IMG/VR virus record: IMGVR_UViG_3300046779_001735
Location: 92,621 to 156,620 of that record
Length of the DNA: 64,000 bases
Source of the DNA: a virus
Strand: one strand, 5' to 3'
A program made the position numbers and the translations under genes. Shown here in pieces: positions 39,826 to 48,992 of this stretch. Within the stretch, counting starts at the first letter, position 1, and the number at the start of each line of letters is the position of its first letter. Under the pieces are notes generated by a model. That model had not been told where the DNA came from. It saw nothing but the letters and a program-made list of their open reading frames with translations, and searched no databases.

Positions 39826-39857
39826 TGTTGCGTCGCAACATAAATACCATATATAAT
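39826..39857 (+). promoter_or_regulatory. PhaR-like operator overlapping the promoter of the phasin-like gene
   Basis: Perfect palindrome TGTTGCG-T-CGCAACA abutting TAAATA and overlapping TTGCGT-18-TATAAT. Confidence 0.55.
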
Positions 39858-39918
39858 AACGCAACACACAAGATGCCGCAAGTGGCGGGTCTTGTAATAA
39901 TTAACCAAGGAGAACAAC

Positions 39919-40281
39919 ATGTTTACATTTGATAGCACCATTGACGCAATCCAAAACGGTAAAAAAGCATTGATCAACCAATACGTTACTGACAACACTA
40001 TTGCCAAAAGCCTCAACGAAGTAGTTGATGCTCAAACCGGATACGTCAAATCCGTTTTGGCCACTAGCCGCAAAGCTGCTGAACAAATTGGCAACGAAGT
40101 TCTGGCTGCGCAACAAGAAGTAGTTAGTCGCGCCAAAACCACTGCTGAAGAGATTTTGAACAAAGCTTCAATCAAAGAATTAACCGAAAAAGCAACCAAA
40201 GATCTGTTTGATAGTTTTTGGAAAGATGCATTCAAGTGGCAGGTTCCTGCTGCTAGCACTTCCAAAAAATCAGCTGCCTAA
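39919..40281 (+). CDS. Phasin-like (PHA granule-associated) protein
   Basis: Ala/Lys/Thr-rich amphipathic helical protein (IDAIQNGKK...VDAQT); strong AAGGAG RBS; own terminator. Confidence 0.55.
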   Translation: MFTFDSTIDAIQNGKKALINQYVTDNTIAKSLNEVVDAQTGYVKSVLATSRKAAEQIGNEVLAAQQEVVSRAKTTAEEILNKASIKELTEKATKDLFDSFWKDAFKWQVPAASTSKKSAA

Positions 40282-40296
40282 TTGGAAAAATCCATG

Positions 40297-40325
40297 AAAT
40301 CCCGCTTTGGCGGGATTTTTTTTTT
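40297..40325 (+). terminator. Rho-independent terminator
   Basis: AAATCCCGC-TTTG-GCGGGATTT plus long T tract. Confidence 0.9.
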
Positions 40326-40408
40326 GATAAAATTTGGGTATAAAACAAGTTGACCAAAAATATCAATGTGCTGTAATATACACACATGAACATTAGCAAG
40401 GAGTTTGT

Positions 40409-40531
40409 ATGAAGCAAATTTTGTTGTTTTTAGTAGCCAGCATTTTGGTTGGCTGTGGAACGATCGGTGGCGCAGTATCCGGTGCTGGCTCTGATCTTAG
40501 TAAAGCCGGGGAATGGATCAAAAACAAATGA
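40409..40531 (+). CDS. Entericidin-like small lipoprotein (40 aa, not in ORF track)
   Basis: MKQILLFLVASILVGCGTIGGAVSGAGSDLSKAGEWIKNK; lipobox LVGC; AAGGAG RBS; TTGACC promoter at 40350. Confidence 0.7.
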   Translation: MKQILLFLVASILVGCGTIGGAVSGAGSDLSKAGEWIKNK

Positions 40532-41238
40532 AACAGAAACTATTAGTAGTAGCCGTAGCTGCCGCTTTCATAACAGGTTGTGCATCTAACAAGCCTGTTC
40601 AGCCTGGTGCTGGTGTGGACATTCCTGCTGGTCCTCAACAGGCCATATCCGAGCAGCGAGTTGTGAGTGACTTTACACGTCAGGGTGTAAAGGTTGTGTA
40701 TGACCTCAAAGGCAACGTACAGGCCATGGAAGTAGCAGGCTATGCTCCTGTGTGGGGTGGTAGCGAAAATGCAGTGCGCGAGGCCTACCGAGTGGCTGAA
40801 CTTGAAGCCAAAAAGTCACTTAATGATTTCATCCACAAAGAAACTATCACTAGTTCGGTGTCAGTGGCCATGGTGAGTCGTAACCTGGAAAAGGCACGCG
40901 ACAACAAAACCAACAACTTTGCTACCAATCGCAATCGTGATCAAGTGGCAGCACGTATCACCGACGCGGAACTAGAAAACAATCTGGATCAACCTGTCAC
41001 AGATGCAAACAAGGACGATGTAAACCGCGAAGAGAACACCGCAATCCGCAACGATGCCATGAACATTGCTAGTCGCGTGAACACAGTGATCACCGCCACC
41101 AACAAAGGCATCATCAGTGGCTTGTATCTTGTGGAAGGCGAAGCCATTAATGGTGGCAAGAACGTGCGAGTGCTGTATCGTTGGGATAGTAAGAGCGCCG
41201 CAGCACGCCCTGTGATCCGTAACCTAATGAGCCAATAA
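40528..41238 (+). CDS. Lipoprotein (LPP20-like)
   Basis: Lipobox ITGC; A..AELEAK..L motif. Confidence 0.6.
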   Translation: MKQKLLVVAVAAAFITGCASNKPVQPGAGVDIPAGPQQAISEQRVVSDFTRQGVKVVYDLKGNVQAMEVAGYAPVWGGSENAVREAYRVAELEAKKSLNDFIHKETITSSVSVAMVSRNLEKARDNKTNNFATNRNRDQVAARITDAELENNLDQPVTDANKDDVNREENTAIRNDAMNIASRVNTVITATNKGIISGLYLVEGEAINGGKNVRVLYRWDSKSAAARPVIRNLMSQ

Positions 41239-42299
41239 TGCGCGGCCTAGTAGCGGTGGCACTGTGTTTGAGCATGGCCACCGCGGCCGCTCAAAGTGGC
41301 CTGGAAAAGCTGCTGATACCCAGTCCTTGGACCATTGGTATCATGCTAGTAGATATATTTCAGAAAGAACAGCGCAAGATTGTGTACATCGAAGTTGTGG
41401 CACAGGGTCGTGATCTTAAGGACGCACAAGCACAGGCCTTGAGAATGGCAGTGGAGCGAGCTGTGGGCGCTGTGGTTAGTTCCAGCACTGAAACTCGCGA
41501 TAGCCGACTCATACGTGATGAAATCATTGTGTATGCAGCAGGCTATGTGGACGACTACAAACTAGAAGCACAGCAGGTGGTGGGCAATCAAACTCAGGTC
41601 AAGATGAAGGTCTGGGTAAGCCACAACAAGCTGGCCAATCGACTGCTAGGCGAAAGTCGTGCGGATGGTGCAGTGGAAGGCAATCGTATCTCCGAACAGA
41701 TCCGCAGTTTTCAGAACACAAGAAAAACTGGTGACCAATTGGTTGCTGAAGTGCTGCGGGATTTTCCAAAACGAGCGTTTGATGTACGCATGGACAAAAC
41801 TCGTACTCGTGTGGACGAAAATCGTGTGGCCTGGGTAGATGTGGGAATCTTTGTGGCCTGGGATCCTGAGTTTATTAAAAGCATGCAAGAGGTTATGAAA
41901 GCAATCAAACATCGCGATGACTGCAATAGTTTTTGGTACGACTGTGATGCCCAGGGCTTAGTTGAAATCAAAGACCGCTGGGGATTTGATGATACCAAGG
42001 CCCTCAAGGTGATGTTTGATCAAATGATAGTGTCAAGGCCCACTCTGCTGTTAAAACTCCGAGATAGCACAGGTCGTACTGTGTATCAAGACTGTTACGC
42101 TACCGACGACTTTAATCCTTTAGACAATAACTATGGATTCATACAATGGTACAATACCAAGATCACACTTGTTCATGACAAACGTTCTAGAATGAAGCTG
42201 AGTTTTTCCAGTAATCAAGTACCGGTGGATCAATTAGACAGTGCTCAAGTGGAAGTTGTGCGAATCAGCAGTTGTCCTACGCCACTGAGTCGTCGCTAA
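41238..42299 (+). CDS. Exported protein (FlgT-N/LPP20-like)
   Basis: Signal peptide; G...A..QALRMAVERAVGAVVSS. Confidence 0.55.
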   Translation: MRGLVAVALCLSMATAAAQSGLEKLLIPSPWTIGIMLVDIFQKEQRKIVYIEVVAQGRDLKDAQAQALRMAVERAVGAVVSSSTETRDSRLIRDEIIVYAAGYVDDYKLEAQQVVGNQTQVKMKVWVSHNKLANRLLGESRADGAVEGNRISEQIRSFQNTRKTGDQLVAEVLRDFPKRAFDVRMDKTRTRVDENRVAWVDVGIFVAWDPEFIKSMQEVMKAIKHRDDCNSFWYDCDAQGLVEIKDRWGFDDTKALKVMFDQMIVSRPTLLLKLRDSTGRTVYQDCYATDDFNPLDNNYGFIQWYNTKITLVHDKRSRMKLSFSSNQVPVDQLDSAQVEVVRISSCPTPLSRR

Positions 42300-42312
42300 C
42301 TACCAAAATATC

Positions 42313-42885
42313 ATGACCAATCAAGACAAAACCAACAATTATTACAACTCTAGTGACACTCTAACTGACACTGGTATCTATGTGCTTATGGATGACATAG
42401 AAGCCGAGACAGTAAAGCCTGTGATTGAATGGATCCTACATGAAAATCATGTGCGCAAGAAAAAACACAAAGAACTCTTACTAATGATCTGTAGTCAGGG
42501 AGGTAGTCTTGAACATGCGTTTGCTTTAATTGATGTAATAACCAGCAGCCGCGTGCCTATCAAAACCGTGGGTTTGGGGGTGGTGGCCAGCTGTGGACTC
42601 ATGATATTTCTAACCGGTAGTACTGGACGCCGCATGCTCACCCCCAATACCAGTATTCTTAGTCATCAGTTCAACTGGGGGAGCTCTGGCAAGGCGCATG
42701 AATTGTTTGCGACTGTGAAAGAGTTTGAACTTACCGAACAGCGCATGGTTGATCACTATCGTAGGTGCACCGGACTTGATGATGCAGTGATTCGCAAGGT
42801 GTTGTTGCCGCCGCAAGATGTGTATCTGTCAGCTCAGGAAGCCTTGGAATATAACATCTGCGATCACGTAGCAGACCTACACTAG
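42313..42885 (+). CDS. clpP: Divergent ClpP-family protease
   Basis: ICSQGGS, GVVASCG (Ser), LSHQF (His), DVYLSAQEALEY. Confidence 0.8.
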   Translation: MTNQDKTNNYYNSSDTLTDTGIYVLMDDIEAETVKPVIEWILHENHVRKKKHKELLLMICSQGGSLEHAFALIDVITSSRVPIKTVGLGVVASCGLMIFLTGSTGRRMLTPNTSILSHQFNWGSSGKAHELFATVKEFELTEQRMVDHYRRCTGLDDAVIRKVLLPPQDVYLSAQEALEYNICDHVADLH

Positions 42886-44432
42886 GTTCTGCGTTTTCTT
42901 CCTAGAGTTTTTTCTGTGCCAACCGGCTGTTCAGGTTTAAAGGCTTTGACGGTGCTGCGTTTTGGTTTCAAGTCAGGTGCATCCATATCTGCATGTGCTG
43001 ACTGTGGATCATCTAAAGATTTCTTTCTAGGCTTTACATCAAAAGTAAATTTCTGTTTGATTCCTGTGCTGTAATATGACTTGGAAGGATCAAGTGCAAT
43101 GGGACTGAATATAGATCCTGGCCATCGGCTGCTGAACTTTTGTAAAGTCCATTGCTGACCGCGTGCTGATACCTTGGTATAGATCTGAACCACTGCACCG
43201 TTGTTGAGAATAACAGCAGTATCTTTACTAAAATCAGTTTTGTTGTTTACATAGTCAGCTACCTTAAAAGCAACACTGGCCATGAGATGGTAAAAGAAGT
43301 TTACTTGCATGGGTTCTTTAGTGTTGCGTTCCTTGGCTAGCTTCACAAGGTTTTTAGAAGGCTCTTGACCACTGATGCTGACATCTTTGAACGAGTCCAA
43401 GGGCAACGGTCTAACCTTCTTGAGTGCTCGAATAAATTCCGCGTCTTTTTCTGTGATTATACCAAACTGTTGTGCCAACACCAACGGGCCTTCAGCCTGG
43501 CCTGTGTTTTTGATTGTGTTGAGAATTTCCACTGTGTTGATTAGTTTTTTAGTTAATTTGCGTCCGTTGGCTGTGCGTTGTAATTCGTCGTAGGCATCAA
43601 GAATGTTGATCACTGAAGCTGGTGCACCTTTACCTCCCTTGCTACTGACTTTGATTGATCTACCATCAGGAGCGGTCATTATTGAGTCACTGAGTCCTTG
43701 AGTCTTGCTCTTACTAAAACTGATCACGGTGTCAGTATATCCGTCCTCGCCAAGAAACACACTGCCTGCTTCTTGAGCTTCACCTGTGAATTGTCCTGTT
43801 TGCAGTGCAATTGGTTGCAGCAGCTCGCAAAAATAATCTTGAAACGCACTTATATCCATTTCAGCTGGGCGTAGGAAACTAAAAGGCAACTCGCCCCCTG
43901 AAGCCAAATGTTGTGCAACCGTAACCAATGAACTGCCTGGAAACTTTTGTTCAATTTGCTGCACAATATCTGCGGCACTGAGATCGTCTGGTTGTGAAAG
44001 TATGTCTTGTGGTGTGGCGTTGCTTTGAGTTTTTACAGCAGCCTTGCCTTTGTAACGATAATTACCTAGACCGGTTTGATTATCCCAGTAGTTGCCACGT
44101 GGATCTGGACTTAATTCTTTGTCAAAATATCTAATAAAAAATAGTGGACGACCTTCAGCGTCTTGGAATTGTGCAATACCAAACGAGCGAGTCTGTTTGC
44201 GGAACCAGTTGGTTTCAATTGGCTGCGCACCCAGCTCTTGAATGATTTGGTTTATAGCCTGTTGCGTTTCCGCAGCATCTGCATATTTGCCACCGCCTTC
44301 AGGGAAAAATTGCACGCCTTGGAAACGAATTTCATTGTTTTCGCCGTCGGCAAATATGTCGCCTGGTTTGCGATTGGCTATACCAGTGCTTTCTGTTAGT
44401 AAATCAAATTTGTCAAGAAGATTGCGTATCAT
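42882..44432 (-). CDS. Probable internal virion protein with PD-(D/E)XK-like motif
   Basis: LLTE processing-type site; DYFCE...LSDS...IKVSSKG; C-terminal EKTLGRKRR; TAAGTA on the minus strand at 44456. Confidence 0.45.
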   Translation of the reverse strand: MIRNLLDKFDLLTESTGIANRKPGDIFADGENNEIRFQGVQFFPEGGGKYADAAETQQAINQIIQELGAQPIETNWFRKQTRSFGIAQFQDAEGRPLFFIRYFDKELSPDPRGNYWDNQTGLGNYRYKGKAAVKTQSNATPQDILSQPDDLSAADIVQQIEQKFPGSSLVTVAQHLASGGELPFSFLRPAEMDISAFQDYFCELLQPIALQTGQFTGEAQEAGSVFLGEDGYTDTVISFSKSKTQGLSDSIMTAPDGRSIKVSSKGGKGAPASVINILDAYDELQRTANGRKLTKKLINTVEILNTIKNTGQAEGPLVLAQQFGIITEKDAEFIRALKKVRPLPLDSFKDVSISGQEPSKNLVKLAKERNTKEPMQVNFFYHLMASVAFKVADYVNNKTDFSKDTAVILNNGAVVQIYTKVSARGQQWTLQKFSSRWPGSIFSPIALDPSKSYYSTGIKQKFTFDVKPRKKSLDDPQSAHADMDAPDLKPKRSTVKAFKPEQPVGTEKTLGRKRRT

Positions 44433-44480
44433 GTGTATTTTCTGCTATAATACAGTACTTATCAAAAACAAGGAGACCCA

Positions 44481-45071
44481 ATGCCCAATCTAGTGCCCAT
44501 AGTGTTAGAACAAACTTCCAAGGGAGAACGCAGCTACGACATCTACAGCCGTTTGCTGCGGGACAGAATTATCATGTTGGATGGAGAAGTAACACAGCAC
44601 ACAGCCAGTCTCGTGGTGGCTCAAATGTTGTTTTTAGAAAGTGAAGATCCCAAAAAACCCATAAATCTGTACATCAACAGCCCAGGCGGGTCTGTTACAG
44701 CAGGTATGAGTATCTACGATACCATGCAGTTTATTCAGTGCCCGGTGCATACCATTGTCATGGGGCAGGCAGCGTCCATGGGATCACTGTTGGCCACAGC
44801 CGGGGAAAAAGGACATCGTTACATACTGCCCAATGCTCGACACATGATACATCAACCCTTGGGCGGAGCAAGTGGACAGGCCACTGATGTTGAAATTCAA
44901 GCACGAGAATTGCTGCGTTGGAAAACAGTGTTGACTGATATCTATTCAAAGCATACCGGGCTTGATGCCGAAGCTCTCAAAGCCGACATGGAGCGAGACA
45001 ACTTCATGACAGCTGAGCAAGCAGTAAGTTATGGATTAGCTGACAAATTGATTACCAAGAGAGAGTCATAA
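44481..45071 (+). CDS. clpP: ATP-dependent Clp protease proteolytic subunit
   Basis: [45 protein letters not shown]. Confidence 0.98.
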   Translation: MPNLVPIVLEQTSKGERSYDIYSRLLRDRIIMLDGEVTQHTASLVVAQMLFLESEDPKKPINLYINSPGGSVTAGMSIYDTMQFIQCPVHTIVMGQAASMGSLLATAGEKGHRYILPNARHMIHQPLGGASGQATDVEIQARELLRWKTVLTDIYSKHTGLDAEALKADMERDNFMTAEQAVSYGLADKLITKRES

Positions 45072-46240
45072 TGTTCTTTTGGATCAGTAAAGAACCCAGG
45101 GCCATGATGAGCAAACAAACACGCTACTTTCATTGGTCAGTGGATACCGACGAAGGATGGAAGCACGTCAGTACCCGGGATAGATTTCTAATTTACAAGG
45201 GTTATACTGAACAAGGTCAATTGCCTAATCAAGTGCGCGAGATAGCTGATGCGCCTTGGGCTTCAATCAAAGGCAACTTTTGTATACTTGATATACAAGA
45301 GTCAGGCATAAGAGTCATACACAACGACTGCAGAAGTTTTCCTCTTTGGTATGATGATAAACAAGGCTTGACTAATTTAGTGCCCTTGACACACAGTGTC
45401 TGGGCCGACAGTTCTGTGCATATTAATCAAGATCTTGAAATCACTGAAGTCAAACACGATATCATTGGTGACTTGCCGCAGAGCACAGCACTTGTGAATT
45501 ATGTATTAGATACTATTGATGACATTCTAATCACAAAGTTCAAGACCTTTTTTGAACACAACAGTTTGCCCGTGCGTATTTTTCTCAGCGGTGGTATTGA
45601 TACAACCTTGATGTGGAGTTATCTATGCAAACTTGGAATCAAACATGAAGTTGTACTGGCTGAACATCTTGAGTTTGACAAGTTCTGGGTACGCAATCAT
45701 CATAGACTCACAGAACAAAACTGGGCATACAAACAAATACATCATTGGCGTGAACCAACTGTTCTAGTCAGTGGCTGTCCTGGTGATGAATTTAGTCTGC
45801 GCAATCCTGGCATGGCCAATATGTTGAGTCTATGTCACGACGGTCGTATGTTGCATGAGTGTATTGAACCCACTGATTTACACTACAATTATTTCAATTC
45901 ACTGAAAAATCGCGAGTTGTTTATACAACAAAGGCAAGATCCCGAAGTTGTAAAGCTAATTCGTAATCCTGACACGCTCAACAGACATCTTTTAGATCGT
46001 GCTGCAAACGATCACCAACACTGGCATCTTGGTAACACATTGACATTTACACCCATGCGTGATCTTGCTATACTCAAAGAATTATTGAGCATGCCCTTTG
46101 ATGTCATGCGCTCGCAGATGTTAAACAGTGAGATTAGTCGTTTGTTGATAGCACGCAACTATCCAAAAGCTCTAGATATTCTAAGCACACAAAAGAATCA
46201 TGAGAACTATTTGGAAAATTTAGCTGGATTAGTAGCCTAG
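45071..46240 (+). CDS. Asparagine-synthase-like (ATP pyrophosphatase) protein
   Basis: FLSGGIDT PP-loop; SGCPGDE. Confidence 0.6.
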   Translation: MFFWISKEPRAMMSKQTRYFHWSVDTDEGWKHVSTRDRFLIYKGYTEQGQLPNQVREIADAPWASIKGNFCILDIQESGIRVIHNDCRSFPLWYDDKQGLTNLVPLTHSVWADSSVHINQDLEITEVKHDIIGDLPQSTALVNYVLDTIDDILITKFKTFFEHNSLPVRIFLSGGIDTTLMWSYLCKLGIKHEVVLAEHLEFDKFWVRNHHRLTEQNWAYKQIHHWREPTVLVSGCPGDEFSLRNPGMANMLSLCHDGRMLHECIEPTDLHYNYFNSLKNRELFIQQRQDPEVVKLIRNPDTLNRHLLDRAANDHQHWHLGNTLTFTPMRDLAILKELLSMPFDVMRSQMLNSEISRLLIARNYPKALDILSTQKNHENYLENLAGLVA

Positions 46241-47404
46241 AATGTCAGCCAGCACAGGCATGCTTTGCTTGAAGTCAGTGCGCTTGACACGATCCATTGC
46301 TGCCACAAAATCAACAAAGCGTTGATACTTGATAGCATCAAATGGCATGTCTTGTAGTCGATCAACTATGGCACTTAGAGCATTCTGCGCATTGATCCGT
46401 TGATACTGTTCGATGTCTGCGTGGTCTAGGTAGCCCACGGTGTTTTGCAAGTTTTCTACTATCCAGGCACGTGATAGCAAAGGCAGCACACTTTCATCCA
46501 TGAACCAACTGTTGTTCACAGTGCTGGCCACTCCAAAACTCACAACCTCAGGCCAATCCTGCGCCAACCACTCTACCAACTTGCCTACCAAGTGAAAGTT
46601 ATAAGCACTGACTGTGATGTTGACTCTGGTGTTTATATCAGGTTGACTTCTTGAGTACAGATAATTGTCGCAGACTTCTGACCAACGTGTGCCAAATCTT
46701 ATGTACTCAGCTGCTTCTCCCATGGCATCAATACTGAATATCAAGGTGATCTTGCCGGGATAATTCTGCAACATCTCTCGATCAATACAACTGCCATTGG
46801 TAAAGATCAACAAATTAGCCGTGCATTGCTGTTCAACCAACCATGTCAAGAGTTTTTTGCAATTAGGATCATAAAAAGGTTCTCCGCCAAGGATTACTAT
46901 GTCCTTGATCCTTGGTAGCACTGTTCCAATCTTGTCTAGATCAAGTGGATGTCGTTCTTGAGTAATTGTGATGCTGTGTTCGTCGCTTGCTGTCCAATCC
47001 TGTGTGGTATCAATACCAGCTCGTTGATAAAAGTCAGTAACGCGACTGCTGGCTTCGGGCCAGCAGGTTTGACAGGCGAAGTTGCACACATTGCCTGGAC
47101 GTATTTCCAATGTAATATCTTCAGGTTGGTAATGAGCGTAACTGCTTTGCGCATTGAGTCGCATGCTGTCTCCGCGTCCTTGAGATTCCAACTCCTTGCA
47201 CACATGACACTCACTGGGCCATTGATCGTTAGACAACTGGTCGCGAAGTTCTACCAACTGTGATTTTTGGTGCCATGTAACCAGATTGACTTTTTGAATT
47301 TGATTTTGATCGCGCCAGGTTTGGTTGCCATGGAAACTACAGCAGGGTCTAACCAACCGATTGTAATCAATGGCCAGCCCGTGTTTTAGAAATTGACATT
47401 GCAT
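46229..47404 (-). CDS. Radical SAM protein with SPASM/twitch-like N-terminal region
   Basis: CNFACQTC, LGGEPF, TNGS, SIDA; N-terminal RPCC and CHVC. Confidence 0.85.
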   Translation of the reverse strand: MQCQFLKHGLAIDYNRLVRPCCSFHGNQTWRDQNQIQKVNLVTWHQKSQLVELRDQLSNDQWPSECHVCKELESQGRGDSMRLNAQSSYAHYQPEDITLEIRPGNVCNFACQTCWPEASSRVTDFYQRAGIDTTQDWTASDEHSITITQERHPLDLDKIGTVLPRIKDIVILGGEPFYDPNCKKLLTWLVEQQCTANLLIFTNGSCIDREMLQNYPGKITLIFSIDAMGEAAEYIRFGTRWSEVCDNYLYSRSQPDINTRVNITVSAYNFHLVGKLVEWLAQDWPEVVSFGVASTVNNSWFMDESVLPLLSRAWIVENLQNTVGYLDHADIEQYQRINAQNALSAIVDRLQDMPFDAIKYQRFVDFVAAMDRVKRTDFKQSMPVLADILGY

Positions 47405-47424
47405 GGGGTACTTATTGTGCCCGG

Positions 47425-47481
47425 TTGACCATTATTGGAAAAACCCATATAATTTGGTATATTAGATAACAAGGAGCCAAA
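47425..47481 (+). repeat. Early promoter-RBS cassette
   Basis: TTGACC-17-TATAAT...TAACAAGGAG. Confidence 0.8.
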
Positions 47482-47721
47482 ATGATTTTAGCAGAAGAAC
47501 TTACTAAATTAGTAACACTAGATCGTTACGAACTCAGCAACATTCTTGATCTAAGTGGCTACAAGAACATGAGTTTTAATTCTGTTAAGTTTTTGGGACT
47601 TACTAACAGCGGTACTTTTTGCTATTCTGTTAAGTATTTTGATGATCACCGCGATGGCGAGCAAACTTCCAAAGTATATGTTAACAAAAACACAACAGGT
47701 AATTTGGTAGCAGATTTCTAA
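47482..47721 (+). CDS. Hypothetical early protein
   Basis: Directly downstream of a cassette. Confidence 0.7.
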   Translation: MILAEELTKLVTLDRYELSNILDLSGYKNMSFNSVKFLGLTNSGTFCYSVKYFDDHRDGEQTSKVYVNKNTTGNLVADF

Positions 47722-47727
47722 AAACGG

Positions 47728-47786
47728 TTGGCCAATAATCCCCGTTTTGCTATAATATGTGTATAGTGAATAACAAGGAGCACAAA
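47728..47786 (+). repeat. Early promoter-RBS cassette
   Basis: TTGGCCAATAATCCCCGTTTTGCTATAATATGTGTATAGT...AACAAGGAG, near-identical to 57904 and 58129. Confidence 0.85.
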
Positions 47787-48086
47787 ATGTCCAAACTTAC
47801 TGCATTTACTGTTGAGCTGTACAAAACAGACAAGCGTATCAAAAAAGACGAGCGTTATGGTCGTAACCGAGCAGGGCTGCGTTTTGTAGAAGTAGTAGAT
47901 TTTGCACCCAGCACTCGAGACTACATCAACACCGTTAAGGCTGATATGCAGAAGCGTGGTTTTGTTGTGAATGTGTTTGAAACTTTTGTTACAAAAACCA
48001 ACATGATGTCAGGCTATGAATATAAAGAACGTTATGATACACCCAGCTTCTGCTCGCCAAGTTCCGAATCTTTTTGGAGTATGTAA
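47787..48086 (+). CDS. Hypothetical early protein
   Basis: C-terminal E..DTP..CSPSSESFWSM motif. Confidence 0.7.
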   Translation: MSKLTAFTVELYKTDKRIKKDERYGRNRAGLRFVEVVDFAPSTRDYINTVKADMQKRGFVVNVFETFVTKTNMMSGYEYKERYDTPSFCSPSSESFWSM

Positions 48087-48208
48087 TGTTAAGAAAACTT
48101 ATTGATCGGATTCCTACCCTAGATCCGGAGTTTGGAGACAATATGATTAACCTAGCCTTGGCATTTGTAGCAGGCTTTGTTATTGCCATGTTTATTTTTA
48201 TAGATTAA
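48086..48208 (+). CDS. Small membrane protein (40 aa, not in ORF track)
   Basis: TAATG-coupled; MLRKLIDRIP...LALAFVAGFVIAMFIFID. Confidence 0.55.
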   Translation: MLRKLIDRIPTLDPEFGDNMINLALAFVAGFVIAMFIFID

Positions 48209-48209
48209 T

Positions 48210-48605
48210 ATGTCAAGTATTCAAATACCCATGCCAGGTAGTGAAGTAGAATTTGATTTGATAGATCACATTGGCCCAAACATGATCCCACCAAGACCTG
48301 GAACCAAGGCTTTTCGTGGAGAAGTGCTGCCAAGTTATCGTTGGCTTACCGATAGGGAATTCTGTGTTAGTGGTGATGACGCTTGGCCTGTGCGAGTTAT
48401 CAATGTGTCTAACATACGAAACTTGCGTATAACTTCTGGGCAAGCTCACTCAGTGAACACCAGCACTCAGACCTATACCATTGCAGGCAGCAAGGGCGCA
48501 TCGTATTGTGTAACTAGATCAGCAGCGGGCTGGCATTGCCAATGTAAGGGCTTTGAGTTCCGCGGACGTTGTAGGCACATTGAAGAAGCTCAAAAACAGC
48601 CATAA
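48210..48605 (+). CDS. SWIM zinc-finger protein
   Basis: GSKGASY.V...CQCKGFEFRGRCRHI. Confidence 0.75.
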   Translation: MSSIQIPMPGSEVEFDLIDHIGPNMIPPRPGTKAFRGEVLPSYRWLTDREFCVSGDDAWPVRVINVSNIRNLRITSGQAHSVNTSTQTYTIAGSKGASYCVTRSAAGWHCQCKGFEFRGRCRHIEEAQKQP

Positions 48606-48705
48606 CGGCAAAATCACTTGATCAAACGTGTTGCTTTCTGCCTAACACTTGTGTAATATACACACACTGCGTACAGCAGAAATATTTTTTGAAAGGTAAA
48701 CAACC

Positions 48706-48972
48706 GTGAAATTGATCAATCCAGAAACCAAAACCTACCGTGTGTTCCAGGCTCTGCAAGCCGGCGAAGCAATGAGTGAAAGCAAGGCAAAGAAAATGGG
48801 TATCGGCAATCTTGCTGCCGAAGTTAGCCGTATCCGCCAGCACGGATTCGCTGTGTACACTAACCAGCGCACTGCTGGCAATGGCGTGCGTGTTACTGAA
48901 TACGTTCTTGGTAAGCCCAGCCGTCGTCTAGTAGCAGCTGGCTACAAAGCTATTGCACTTGGCTTGGCCTAA
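48706..48972 (+). CDS. Helix-turn-helix DNA-binding protein
   Basis: LQAGEAMS...GIGNLAAEVSRIRQHGFAVY; followed by a terminator. Confidence 0.65.
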   Translation: MKLINPETKTYRVFQALQAGEAMSESKAKKMGIGNLAAEVSRIRQHGFAVYTNQRTAGNGVRVTEYVLGKPSRRLVAAGYKAIALGLA

Positions 48973-48992
48973 GTATTGATGGCATAACAATC

